DNA of 64,000 nt, from positions 124,001 through 188,000 of the IMG/VR virus record IMGVR_UViG_3300008110_000030. One strand, 5' to 3'. The translations under genes were made by a program, and so were the position numbers. Positions 10,117 through 18,344 of this stretch are shown piece by piece (the first letter of the stretch is position 1; every line of letters starts with the position of its first letter). A model generated the notes under the pieces. The model saw only the letters and a program-made list of their open reading frames with translations. It was not told where the DNA came from and ran no database searches.

Positions 10117-10511
10117 CAGACTTATATAAAATAGTTCCAACTGAACCACCATTTATAGAAGATTCAAAAAATGCTCCGTGGGACAATTTAATTGAAGAAG
10201 ACTTCCACGTTAAAGTATTTGCAGACAAATATCCAGTTACAGAAGGACATTTGTTATTTGTACCAAAGTACAACACTACACATGTTTTAGCAGACGCTAT
10301 GAACGATGCTGTTCAGTTAGGAATAAAAAAAGTACAAGCAGGCGAGTGGGACGGATTTAATGTAGGTATTAATATTGGGTTATCTGCAGGACAAACAGTA
10401 GATTGGCCACATGTACATTTAATCCCAAGACGTAAAGGAGACATGGAAGATCCAACAGGCGGAGTAAGGCATGTCATTCCAGAAAAAGGTAACTATAGGA
10501 AATCAAAATGA
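10113..10511 (+). CDS. HIT family nucleotide hydrolase
   Basis: DKYPVTEGHLLFVPK, AGQTVDWPHVHLIPR; ATG at 10113 overlaps the previous TGA. Confidence 0.9.
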   Translation: MTDLYKIVPTEPPFIEDSKNAPWDNLIEEDFHVKVFADKYPVTEGHLLFVPKYNTTHVLADAMNDAVQLGIKKVQAGEWDGFNVGINIGLSAGQTVDWPHVHLIPRRKGDMEDPTGGVRHVIPEKGNYRKSK

Positions 10512-10711
10512 GACAACAAATTGTAGGCACATTAAAACAACACTTTGAAGCACACATTCTTAAACACAAAATGAATGTCGATATCATGCTAGCGAATCCA
10601 ATGGCTATTCACGATCACACAGATTTAATGGATGCTATTGAAAAAGAAGTTGCGCAAATTGCAGAGTATATGGACAAACTAGAAGTAATGGAAAAATACT
10701 TTAAGGATTAA
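10508..10711 (+). CDS. Hypothetical protein
   Basis: 67-aa helical ORF, ATGA-coupled. Confidence 0.7.
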   Translation: MRQQIVGTLKQHFEAHILKHKMNVDIMLANPMAIHDHTDLMDAIEKEVAQIAEYMDKLEVMEKYFKD

Positions 10712-10713
10712 TT

Positions 10714-10887
10714 ATGAAATGTCAGACTTGTGGTAACGAATATAGTGCAACTTGTGATTATAGACAAGGCAGATGTCCGCATCATACACCAATTCTAACA
10801 AACTATCATTTTAGATATGTTAATCTATGGCAATCAATCAAAAACTTTTTTACAAAAGGCGACTGCGACTGCGGTCATAAACATTGA
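10714..10887 (+). CDS. Small Cys/His-rich putative zinc-binding protein (57 aa, not in ORF track)
   Basis: MKCQTCGNEYSATCDYRQGRCPHH...CDCGHKH; AAGGA RBS. Confidence 0.6.
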   Translation: MKCQTCGNEYSATCDYRQGRCPHHTPILTNYHFRYVNLWQSIKNFFTKGDCDCGHKH

Positions 10888-10888
10888 T

Positions 10889-11407
10889 ATGGCACAACTA
10901 TATAAGATTACTCCTTTAGAAAAGAAAAACATAGAATTTTATGTTGACGTTTACGAAACACTACCTAACGGTGATGTTAGAGGTTTTATAGTAAGCGAGT
11001 GGTATCGATGGGGTCAAGGGTTCCGTGAATTAGATGATCCTGTATTAGACTACGGTCATGGTGTAAATTCTATATATTGTAATACTAGTATTGGTTGGGG
11101 CTGTGAACTAGATGACTTATGTTCAGTACATATTGAATTTCAAGGCGAGTTTACTGACGAAGAAAAAGAAGAAATTGAAAATCGATGCCGTGGAGATTTA
11201 GAAGACGATGAAGGTCGATGGGGCACGGCTTGGATCTATGATGGTGACCACGCATGGCAAGTTGAAGATGATGGCGTTCTCATTTATGGACCAGTAAAAA
11301 TTGACCTTGTTGATGAGGATTCATATAACGAAGTTATTAAAGAAGATATTGGTATTGAAAAATATCAAGCTACTTCTTGGCCATTTGATACTAAAAAAGA
11401 TGAGTGA
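10889..11407 (+). CDS. Acidic hypothetical protein
   Basis: Start moved to MAQLYK, directly after the 10714-10887 ORF. Confidence 0.7.
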   Translation: MAQLYKITPLEKKNIEFYVDVYETLPNGDVRGFIVSEWYRWGQGFRELDDPVLDYGHGVNSIYCNTSIGWGCELDDLCSVHIEFQGEFTDEEKEEIENRCRGDLEDDEGRWGTAWIYDGDHAWQVEDDGVLIYGPVKIDLVDEDSYNEVIKEDIGIEKYQATSWPFDTKKDE

Positions 11408-11600
11408 CACAACCGTAAAAGTTACATGGGATAATCAAAACGGGTTTTGGTGGAACGAAACTTGTTCTATGGTATTAGAAGTATTTGGTCTACCTGGAGG
11501 ACGTTATACTAGTCATCCTGACCAAGATGCCATGTTTTTCATTTTTAATAATGTAAAGGATGCAAATCTATGTCGAATACTACTAAGCGAGAGATTGTAA
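11400..11600 (+). CDS. Hypothetical protein
   Basis: MSDTTVKVTW...; ATG overlaps the previous stop. Confidence 0.6.
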   Translation: MSDTTVKVTWDNQNGFWWNETCSMVLEVFGLPGGRYTSHPDQDAMFFIFNNVKDANLCRILLSERL

Positions 11601-11788
11601 AAATATCACTATTGTTTATTGTAGCCATTTTTGCTTTAGGTGCAACAATGTATTACAGTATTCCAAAAAAGGGAGATGTGATCATAATTGATTGTAGACT
11701 ATCTGAAATAAGTCCAGATATTCCAATTTGGGCAAAACAAGAATGTCGTAAAAAACAATTAGAATCATTTGACAAATATCCTAAATAA
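11570..11788 (+). CDS. Small membrane-anchored protein
   Basis: Hydrophobic segment ISLLFIVAIFALGATMYY. Confidence 0.55.
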   Translation: MSNTTKREIVKISLLFIVAIFALGATMYYSIPKKGDVIIIDCRLSEISPDIPIWAKQECRKKQLESFDKYPK

Positions 11789-11797
11789 TAGTATAAT
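11769..11797 (+). promoter_or_regulatory. Consensus sigma70 promoter with nested TAAATA
   Basis: TTGACA-N17-TATAAT; spacer AATATCCTAAATAATAG. Confidence 0.85.
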
Positions 11798-11819
11798 AAA
11801 TTATAAATTGGAATCATAT

Positions 11820-12727
11820 ATGGAAAAAATTAGATACAGCGAAATGTTTTATAGTGTACAAGGCGAAGGTCGCTTTGTAGGAGTGCCCAGTGTTTTCTTT
11901 AGAACATTTGGTTGCAATTTTGAATGTAGAGGCTTTGGTCAGCCACGTGATAACTTTATCCCAATTGATCAAATGCCACACACAACAACGATCCAAGAGC
12001 AAATCCAGATCATCCAAATGCATATAAGAGTTTTGAAGAATTACCAGTTAGTAACATTGGTTGTGATACAAGCGCCAGCTGGAGTGCAAAATACAAACAT
12101 TTAGCCACTTGGGACACTGTAGATATCATTGCTGAAAAACTAACCGCAATGACTCCAGAAGGTAAGTGGACTTGTGATAATGGTCAAGATGTACATCTTG
12201 TTATTACAGGTGGCGAGCCATTAATGTGGCAAAAGCAAATAGCGGCTTTGCTAAAACAGCCGCAATTTAAAGATATTAAAAACGTAACATTTGAGACAAA
12301 CACTACGCATGAACTAAAGCAAGACTTTATTCAAATGATGCTAGACCTTAGTTTTGGTCCTTCTAGAGATCCAAACTACTTTGTTAAATTTACATGGAGT
12401 TGCAGTCCTAAGTTAACTAGTTCAGGTGAAGCGTGGGAAGAAGCAATTAAGCCAGAAGTTGCGGCTCAATATTACGGTCTTCCTGGTAGAAACTTTTATT
12501 TTAAATTTGTTGTAACTGATGAACAAGATGTTTTAGAAGTTGAAAAAGCTATTGCACTTTATAAGGAAAAAGAAATATTCTGTGATGTTTATTTGATGCC
12601 TTGTGGTGCAACTCAAGAAGGACAGGCTAAGACTGCACGCCAAGTTGCAGAACTTTGTTTACAAAAAGGTTTTAAATTTAGTCCTAGATTGCATGTGGAC
12701 TTGTTTGGAAACGCATGGGGAACTTAA
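11820..12727 (+). pseudogene. queE: 7-carboxy-7-deazaguanine synthase QueE (radical SAM), split by a frameshift near 11977-11990
   Basis: N-part: EMFYSVQGEG...FFRTFGCNFEC. Other frame continues DPRANP...IGCDTSASW...VITGGEP...TFETN...SCSPKL...SPRLHV. Confidence 0.85.
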
Positions 12728-12728
12728 T

Positions 12729-13175
12729 ATGGTAACTAGAAAAACAACTGTAGTAAAAGAAGAGCCAGTTAAAAAAACTACTCGAAAAAGAACAGTGGCT
12801 GCTGAAGATAAGACTATTGCAAAATCTTATAAAGAAAAGCCAGCAACAAAACCTAGAGCTAAAAAAGAAACTAGTCAATCTATTTCAAAAGCAGAAGCTA
12901 CTAGAAAAAAATTGCCGTGGGTAGCAGTACTAGAAACACACGTCAATCCTGACAATCCGTCAAATGGATTCTTTGAACTTGACTGGAACGAGTACTTTAT
13001 AGTACAATTAAAAGGTCACGGTTACGATGGTCCAACTGAAGAAAGCATCGTTGATGTTTGGTTCCAAAATTTATGTAGGAACATTGGCAGTGAAGAAGGT
13101 GTAAACATGGAACGTAGAGGAAGTGGTTACATCAATATAAACAATTTAGGCAACGGCAAATCGGAAGTAAGTTAA
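12729..13175 (+). CDS. Hypothetical protein (basic N-terminus)
   Basis: MVTRK start right after the queE stop; C-terminal NGFFELDWNEYF domain. Confidence 0.7.
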   Translation: MVTRKTTVVKEEPVKKTTRKRTVAAEDKTIAKSYKEKPATKPRAKKETSQSISKAEATRKKLPWVAVLETHVNPDNPSNGFFELDWNEYFIVQLKGHGYDGPTEESIVDVWFQNLCRNIGSEEGVNMERRGSGYININNLGNGKSEVS

Positions 13176-14158
13176 TGTCATATATACTCGTAGATACTGC
13201 AAACACGTTTTTTCGTGCTAGGCATGCAATTAAAGGTGATCTTGAAACTAAGATTGGAATGAGTTTACACGTCACTTTTAACAGTGTCAGAAAAGCATGG
13301 AATGACTTTAATGGCAGTCATGTTATCTTCTGCCTCGAAGGTCGCTCGTGGCGCAAAGATCACTACGGGCCATATAAACGTAATAGGTCAGATGCAAGAG
13401 CCGCTCATAACGAAAAAGAAGCAGAAGAAGAAAGAGTCTTTTGGGAAACGTTTGATCAGTTTAAGCAGTTTGTTACTGAAAAGACTAACTGTACAGTATT
13501 ACAAAATCCACAGCTTGAAGCAGACGATTTGATTGCTGGTTGGGTGCAAAGTCATCCAAATGACAACCACGTTATTATTTCAACTGATGGCGATTTTGCA
13601 CAACTAATTGCCCCAAATGTTAAACAATATAACGGAGTAAGTGAAGTTACAACTACTCACGAAGGTTATTTTGATTCAAAAGGTAAACGAGTTAAAGACA
13701 AAAAAACAGGAGAAGAAAAACCTGCTCCTAATCCAGAGTGGTTACTTTTTGAGAAATGTATGCGTGGCGATACGAGTGATAATATCTTCTCAGCATATCC
13801 TGGTGTAAGGACTAAAGGAACAAAAAGTAAAGTTGGTCTTATTGAAGCGTTTGAAGATCGCAGTACTAAAGGCTATGCTTGGAATAATCTCATGCTCCAA
13901 AAGTGGGTTGATCATGAAGGTGCAGAGCATAGAGTTTTGGACGACTATCAACGTAATCGACTACTTTGTGATTTGTCTGCACAGCCAGAAGCTATTAGAC
14001 AAATAATTGACGAAACAATTAAGACTAATGCTGTTTCAAAAGAAGTAGGTCAAGTAGGTGTTAAAATGTTAAAATTTTGTGCCAGTTATGAACTTACCAA
14101 AATTAGTGAAAACATTCAAACTTATGCTGACCCATTTAATGCTAGATACCAAAAATAA
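13175..14158 (+). CDS. rnh: T4 RNase H-like 5'-3' exonuclease (FEN family)
   Basis: ILVDTAN, YKRNR, EADDLIA, STDGDF, GDTSDNI motifs. Confidence 0.92.
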   Translation: MSYILVDTANTFFRARHAIKGDLETKIGMSLHVTFNSVRKAWNDFNGSHVIFCLEGRSWRKDHYGPYKRNRSDARAAHNEKEAEEERVFWETFDQFKQFVTEKTNCTVLQNPQLEADDLIAGWVQSHPNDNHVIISTDGDFAQLIAPNVKQYNGVSEVTTTHEGYFDSKGKRVKDKKTGEEKPAPNPEWLLFEKCMRGDTSDNIFSAYPGVRTKGTKSKVGLIEAFEDRSTKGYAWNNLMLQKWVDHEGAEHRVLDDYQRNRLLCDLSAQPEAIRQIIDETIKTNAVSKEVGQVGVKMLKFCASYELTKISENIQTYADPFNARYQK

Positions 14159-14173
14159 AAAAAGGGGAGTTAT

Positions 14174-14647
14174 ATGACATTACCATGTGCTAAACCATTA
14201 ATCCCAAATAAAGAGTGGATAGTTGAAACTAACGGAATTAAATTAGGAACGTTAAGTAAAGAAAAATCAGGTTATGTATTTTTTGCTAACGGAACTAAAA
14301 TTGAATTTCATGACTTGAAAGAAGTAGAACAGGCTATGGACTTAATTGTTGAAACTCCATACTCTGTCAAAGCAAGTAAGACCAAAGATGTTTACGGTTA
14401 CGAAACTAAAACATTTCCACACAATCCATTATATGATGTACAACGTAAACTTCCAATTTATACAAAAAGTGCAAAGAGTATTAGTAGACATTGTGCTGGT
14501 CATTATTTGATTAAATTTCCAAAAGGCTGGGTCAAAAGTCATTGTCCAAAATTAATTACTTTGGAAAGATATCCTTATCGTGGACCATTTCATACAGACG
14601 CAGAAGTAAGACTTGAACTTTCAAAGGCACATCGTGAACGAGATTAA
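14174..14647 (+). CDS. Hypothetical protein
   Basis: 157 aa, GGGGAG RBS. Confidence 0.75.
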   Translation: MTLPCAKPLIPNKEWIVETNGIKLGTLSKEKSGYVFFANGTKIEFHDLKEVEQAMDLIVETPYSVKASKTKDVYGYETKTFPHNPLYDVQRKLPIYTKSAKSISRHCAGHYLIKFPKGWVKSHCPKLITLERYPYRGPFHTDAEVRLELSKAHRERD

Positions 14648-14855
14648 TAACTATATAATTGAAGATTTTGCTAGTAAAGTTTATACCGCTAAAAAGACAA
14701 ATCAAAAACAAATTGTGCTAGATATTAAAGAAGCACAGATATTGGTAGAAAATCTTACATTAGTACTAGCAAGGGCAGTTGGTAACCTTGATAAAGCCGT
14801 CAAAACAAGCGATGACGGGGTAATTTCAGTGTCGATGGATGGCGGTACTTTTTAA
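14613..14855 (+). CDS. Hypothetical protein (start may be the GTG at 14634)
   Basis: ORF fills the operon gap. Confidence 0.6.
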   Translation: MNFQRHIVNEINNYIIEDFASKVYTAKKTNQKQIVLDIKEAQILVENLTLVLARAVGNLDKAVKTSDDGVISVSMDGGTF

Positions 14856-14894
14856 TAAATAAACTACGTATATAAACAAGGATACGTAGTTTAT
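14855..14894 (+). promoter_or_regulatory. Late promoter ATAAATA plus 13-bp hairpin covering the start region of 14893
   Basis: ATAAACTACGTAT (14859-14871) / ATACGTAGTTTAT (14882-14894) perfect inverted repeat. Confidence 0.7.
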
Positions 14895-15186
14895 GAGTAG
14901 ACCAAAGCCAAAAATACTATTAGAAAGTACAAATAAAAAGAACTACAAAACTGAACAGGTTTTAGAGAGTGATGCCATTTGGGCTGTTTTTTATAAAGGT
15001 CAACCAGTCAATTTAAAAACCACTAGTATGGTTAGTAGTTATCCTGGACCTAAATATAAAAAAGTATCTTTTAGTAATCCTGGTCATGCACACAATCTTT
15101 CTAACAAATTGAACAAAATGTTTGAATGCAAAGATTTTTGTGTGTACAAATTAACAACTGGTGAACCAGTTAATGAACAAGACTGA
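14893..15186 (+). CDS. Basic hypothetical protein
   Basis: 97 aa, MSRPKP...YKKVSFSNPGHA. Confidence 0.75.
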   Translation: MSRPKPKILLESTNKKNYKTEQVLESDAIWAVFYKGQPVNLKTTSMVSSYPGPKYKKVSFSNPGHAHNLSNKLNKMFECKDFCVYKLTTGEPVNEQD

Positions 15187-15565
15187 TATCACTAAAGCAT
15201 TAATTTCAAACGACGAAAATTATAGCAGTGACCCAAAATATTTTAATATGCTTTATAGAGCATGGTGGGTAAACTGGCGTTCTGCTGAAGATAGAAGATT
15301 TAGACTATCAGACAAGGGATACAAATACTTTAACACCAATGCTGAAATAAAATTTTACCAAATTAGATTTCCAATTGGGTTAGTAATCACTAACAAAATG
15401 ATCATTGATTTGGACAGATTTATTGATTGTCCCTACTACTTGACCAATGAAGAAATTTTGGTAACCCATGAAAAAACTGCACTACAACTAGTGTTATTTG
15501 ATGGTGATCTCACCAAATTTGGGCGAGCAAAACGAGCAACACGACAAAGAAACTTGAAGAAGTAG
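15173..15565 (+). CDS. Hypothetical protein
   Basis: ORF overlapping the previous stop. Confidence 0.7.
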   Translation: MNKTDITKALISNDENYSSDPKYFNMLYRAWWVNWRSAEDRRFRLSDKGYKYFNTNAEIKFYQIRFPIGLVITNKMIIDLDRFIDCPYYLTNEEILVTHEKTALQLVLFDGDLTKFGRAKRATRQRNLKK

Positions 15566-15594
15566 TTGACTTTTTGTCCTACTGGCATTACAAT
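15566..15594 (+). promoter_or_regulatory. sigma70-type promoter
   Basis: TTGACT-N17-TACAAT upstream of the AAA+ gene. Confidence 0.7.
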
Positions 15595-15638
15595 ATAAAG
15601 ACAGTAAACATTTAATTCTGTTTTTAGAAAGGTAACAA

Positions 15639-16724
15639 ATGGCAAAGAGCGAAATTAGTGCAAATCGTACAGTCACCCCTAACGAGGCTAAAAAGTCAAT
15701 ACGTAGAGCTATTAAGAAACAACGTCCTATTTTTATGTGGGGTGCGCCTGGTATTGGCAAGTCGGACATTGTTCGACAGATTGCAAATGAAAATGGACGT
15801 AACGTAATTGACGTTCGTTTACCTCTTTGGGAACCTACCGATATTAAAGGTATTCCATATTACAACGCTGTTGAAAATACTATGAGTTGGGCTCCTCCAG
15901 CTGAACTTCCTAGTGACCCAGAATGCACCGACGTATTGTTTTTGGACGAACTTAATGCGGCTCCTCCTAGTGTACAAGCGGCGGCTTATCAGCTTATTTT
16001 GAATCGTCGTGTAGGTACTTATGTACTGCCAAAAGGTGTTAGCATTGTTGCCGCAGGTAACCGTGAAACTGATAAAGGTGTTACTTATCGTATGCCAGCT
16101 CCGTTGGCTAACCGTTTTGTTCACTTGGAATTGCGTGTAGACTTTGATGACTGGAATCAGTGGGCCACTTCAAACAAAATACACAAGGACGTTGCTGGTT
16201 ATCTAAACTATGCAAAACAAGACTTGTACGACTTTGATCCTAAATCCGCAAGTCGTTCATTTGCTACTCCACGCACTTGGTCATTTGTTAGCGAATTGTT
16301 AGACGAAGATGATGACGATATTGGTACATTGACTGATTTGGTTGCAGGATGTGTTGGTGAAGGTCTTGCTGTTAAGTTTATGGCACACCGTAAGATTTCT
16401 GGTCAGTTGCCTAACCCATCTGAAATCCTCGATGGCAAAGTAAAAGAGTTGAAAATTAAAGAAATTTCAGCGATGTATTCTTTGACTATTGGCATGTGCT
16501 ATGAGCTTGATGAGCGTCATAATAAGAAAGCCAAAGATTGGGATAGCATGGCAGACAACTTCTTCCGTTTTATGATGGACAATTTCCCAACTGAGATTGT
16601 TGTTATGGGCGCAAAAACTGCTCTTACTAACTTCCAACTGCCATTTGATCCAGCTGAAATGAAGAACTTTGATGAGTTCCATGATCGTTTTGGCAAGTAT
16701 GTTATTACTGCCCTTGAAAAATAA
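15639..16724 (+). CDS. MoxR-like AAA+ ATPase
   Basis: Walker A GAPGIGKS, Walker B LFLDELN, AAGN sensor, LANRF arginine finger. Confidence 0.9.
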   Translation: MAKSEISANRTVTPNEAKKSIRRAIKKQRPIFMWGAPGIGKSDIVRQIANENGRNVIDVRLPLWEPTDIKGIPYYNAVENTMSWAPPAELPSDPECTDVLFLDELNAAPPSVQAAAYQLILNRRVGTYVLPKGVSIVAAGNRETDKGVTYRMPAPLANRFVHLELRVDFDDWNQWATSNKIHKDVAGYLNYAKQDLYDFDPKSASRSFATPRTWSFVSELLDEDDDDIGTLTDLVAGCVGEGLAVKFMAHRKISGQLPNPSEILDGKVKELKIKEISAMYSLTIGMCYELDERHNKKAKDWDSMADNFFRFMMDNFPTEIVVMGAKTALTNFQLPFDPAEMKNFDEFHDRFGKYVITALEK

Positions 16725-16740
16725 AGTGCAAAAATAACAA

Positions 16741-16768
16741 AGAAGGGGCTGAAAAGCCCTTTCTTTTA
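16741..16768 (+). terminator. Intrinsic terminator
   Basis: AGAAGGGGCT-GAAA-AGCCCTTTCT stem-loop followed by T-rich tract. Confidence 0.7.
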
Positions 16769-16797
16769 TAGACTTTTTCATATTTTTATGCTAAAAT
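16769..16797 (+). promoter_or_regulatory. sigma70-type promoter (extended -10)
   Basis: TAGACT-N17-TAAAAT with TGn extension. Confidence 0.55.
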
Positions 16798-16826
16798 ATA
16801 CTATATAAACGTAAGAAAGGTAACAC

Positions 16827-18038
16827 ATGTCCGCTACTGTAATGAAAGACGAGAACAATAAGAAAGTTCTTGAAAAGCGAGAATACACTACTAAAGAGAA
16901 AAATGATGCAATTGAAAAGCTCATTACAGCTCGTGTAGGATTACTTCTACGCCAACCTTTCTTTGGCAATTTAGCTACTCGTTTACAACTTATTGATGCT
17001 AGTGAATGGTGTCCTACTGCCGCCACTGATGGGCGTAATTTTTATTACAACATTGACTTTGTTAAAAAGCTCAGTGCAAAACAATGCGAGTTTCTTTTTG
17101 GTCATGAAACATTGCACAATGTATTTGATCACCTTACACGTCGATTAGACAGAGATCCAAGATTTTTTAACTATGCTTGTGACTTTGCTGTTAACCAAAT
17201 TTTAGTTGACGAACGCATTGGTGAAAAAATTGACCAAGTGCAAATTTGCTTGGACTCTAAATACCGTGGCAAAAGCGCAGAAGAAATTTATGATGACTTG
17301 ATGAAGAATGTTAAGTTTGTTGATGCTGATGAGTTCCTAAAACAACTTGGCGAACTTCTTGATGACCATATGGACTGGGATGAAGAAGGCGATCCCAGAG
17401 ATGGTGAAGGCGGAGACAAAGATAGCAACGGTGCTCCCAAATATAGTAAAGAAGAATTGAAAAAAATTCGAGATGAATTAAAGGAAGCAATGGTTGATCT
17501 CACAGAACCAAAAATGGATTGGCGTCAATTGTTACGTATGAATATTCAAAGTATTCTTCGTAGCAATTATAGTTTTATGCGTCCAAGCCGAAAAGGTTGG
17601 CATACTGGTGCAGTTTTGCCAGGTATGCTAAATGATGAAACTATCGATATCTGTATTGGTATTGATATGTCTGGTTCAATTGGTGATGCTCAAGCCAAAG
17701 ACTTCTTAAGTGAAGTTAAGGGAATTATGGACGAGTATGTTGACTATAATATCCAACTTTGGTGCTTTGATACTGAAGTATATAACTATGCCAAATTTAG
17801 TGCTGATAATGGTCAGGATTTAGATTCTTACGAAATTAAAGGTGGCGGCGGTACTGATTTTGACTGTAATTATAACTTCATGAAAGAGCAAGGGATTGAA
17901 CCTAAGAAATTTGTAATGTTTACTGACGGATATCCATGCGGAAGCTGGGGAGATGAAGACTACTGTGATACATTGTTCATTATTCACGGACCAGAAGAAA
18001 TAAAATCTCCATTCGGTCAGTACGCACATTATAAATAA
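16827..18038 (+). CDS. HExxH metallopeptidase-like + VWA domain protein (MoxR partner)
   Basis: TAATDG, HETLH, MIDAS IDMSGS, GGGGTDF, FTDG. Confidence 0.85.
   Translation: MSATVMKDENNKKVLEKREYTTKEKNDAIEKLITARVGLLLRQPFFGNLATRLQLIDASEWCPTAATDGRNFYYNIDFVKKLSAKQCEFLFGHETLHNVFDHLTRRLDRDPRFFNYACDFAVNQILVDERIGEKIDQVQICLDSKYRGKSAEEIYDDLMKNVKFVDADEFLKQLGELLDDHMDWDEEGDPRDGEGGDKDSNGAPKYSKEELKKIRDELKEAMVDLTEPKMDWRQLLRMNIQSILRSNYSFMRPSRKGWHTGAVLPGMLNDETIDICIGIDMSGSIGDAQAKDFLSEVKGIMDEYVDYNIQLWCFDTEVYNYAKFSADNGQDLDSYEIKGGGGTDFDCNYNFMKEQGIEPKKFVMFTDGYPCGSWGDEDYCDTLFIIHGPEEIKSPFGQYAHYK
18030..18037 (+). promoter_or_regulatory. T4-type late promoter TATAAATA
   Basis: Perfect consensus in the loop of the TACGCA/TGCGTA inverted repeat, upstream of 18054. 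Confidence 0.6.
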
Positions 18039-18053
18039 ACTGCGTAGATTATT

Positions 18054-18344
18054 ATGCCACTGAAAAATGGTACACTGAATCCTTTAAACGTTTTGGACTA
18101 TCGAGTAGTACATCGTATTCCAAAGCATTTTGAAAGTGTCTATGTTGATGTAGATTGTGATAAACCTACATTAACAAGATGGATTTATACAAACCTAAAT
18201 AGTAGGTTTTGTGTGCAATCAGAGCTTAATATATCTAATGGAAATTTTATGACAGAGTCAACTAAAATTGGATTTGAAGATCCAAGAGAATTGACAATGT
18301 TCATGCTTACATGCCCATATTTAGAAAATAGGAGAAATAAATGA
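18054..18344 (+). CDS. Hypothetical protein
   Basis: 96-aa ORF. Confidence 0.7.
   Translation: MPLKNGTLNPLNVLDYRVVHRIPKHFESVYVDVDCDKPTLTRWIYTNLNSRFCVQSELNISNGNFMTESTKIGFEDPRELTMFMLTCPYLENRRNK

Noticed and set aside
11769-12104. 111-aa and 192-aa ORFs as two separate genes
   Set aside because: They are the two halves of one frameshifted queE, and 11769 is the -35 box, not a start.
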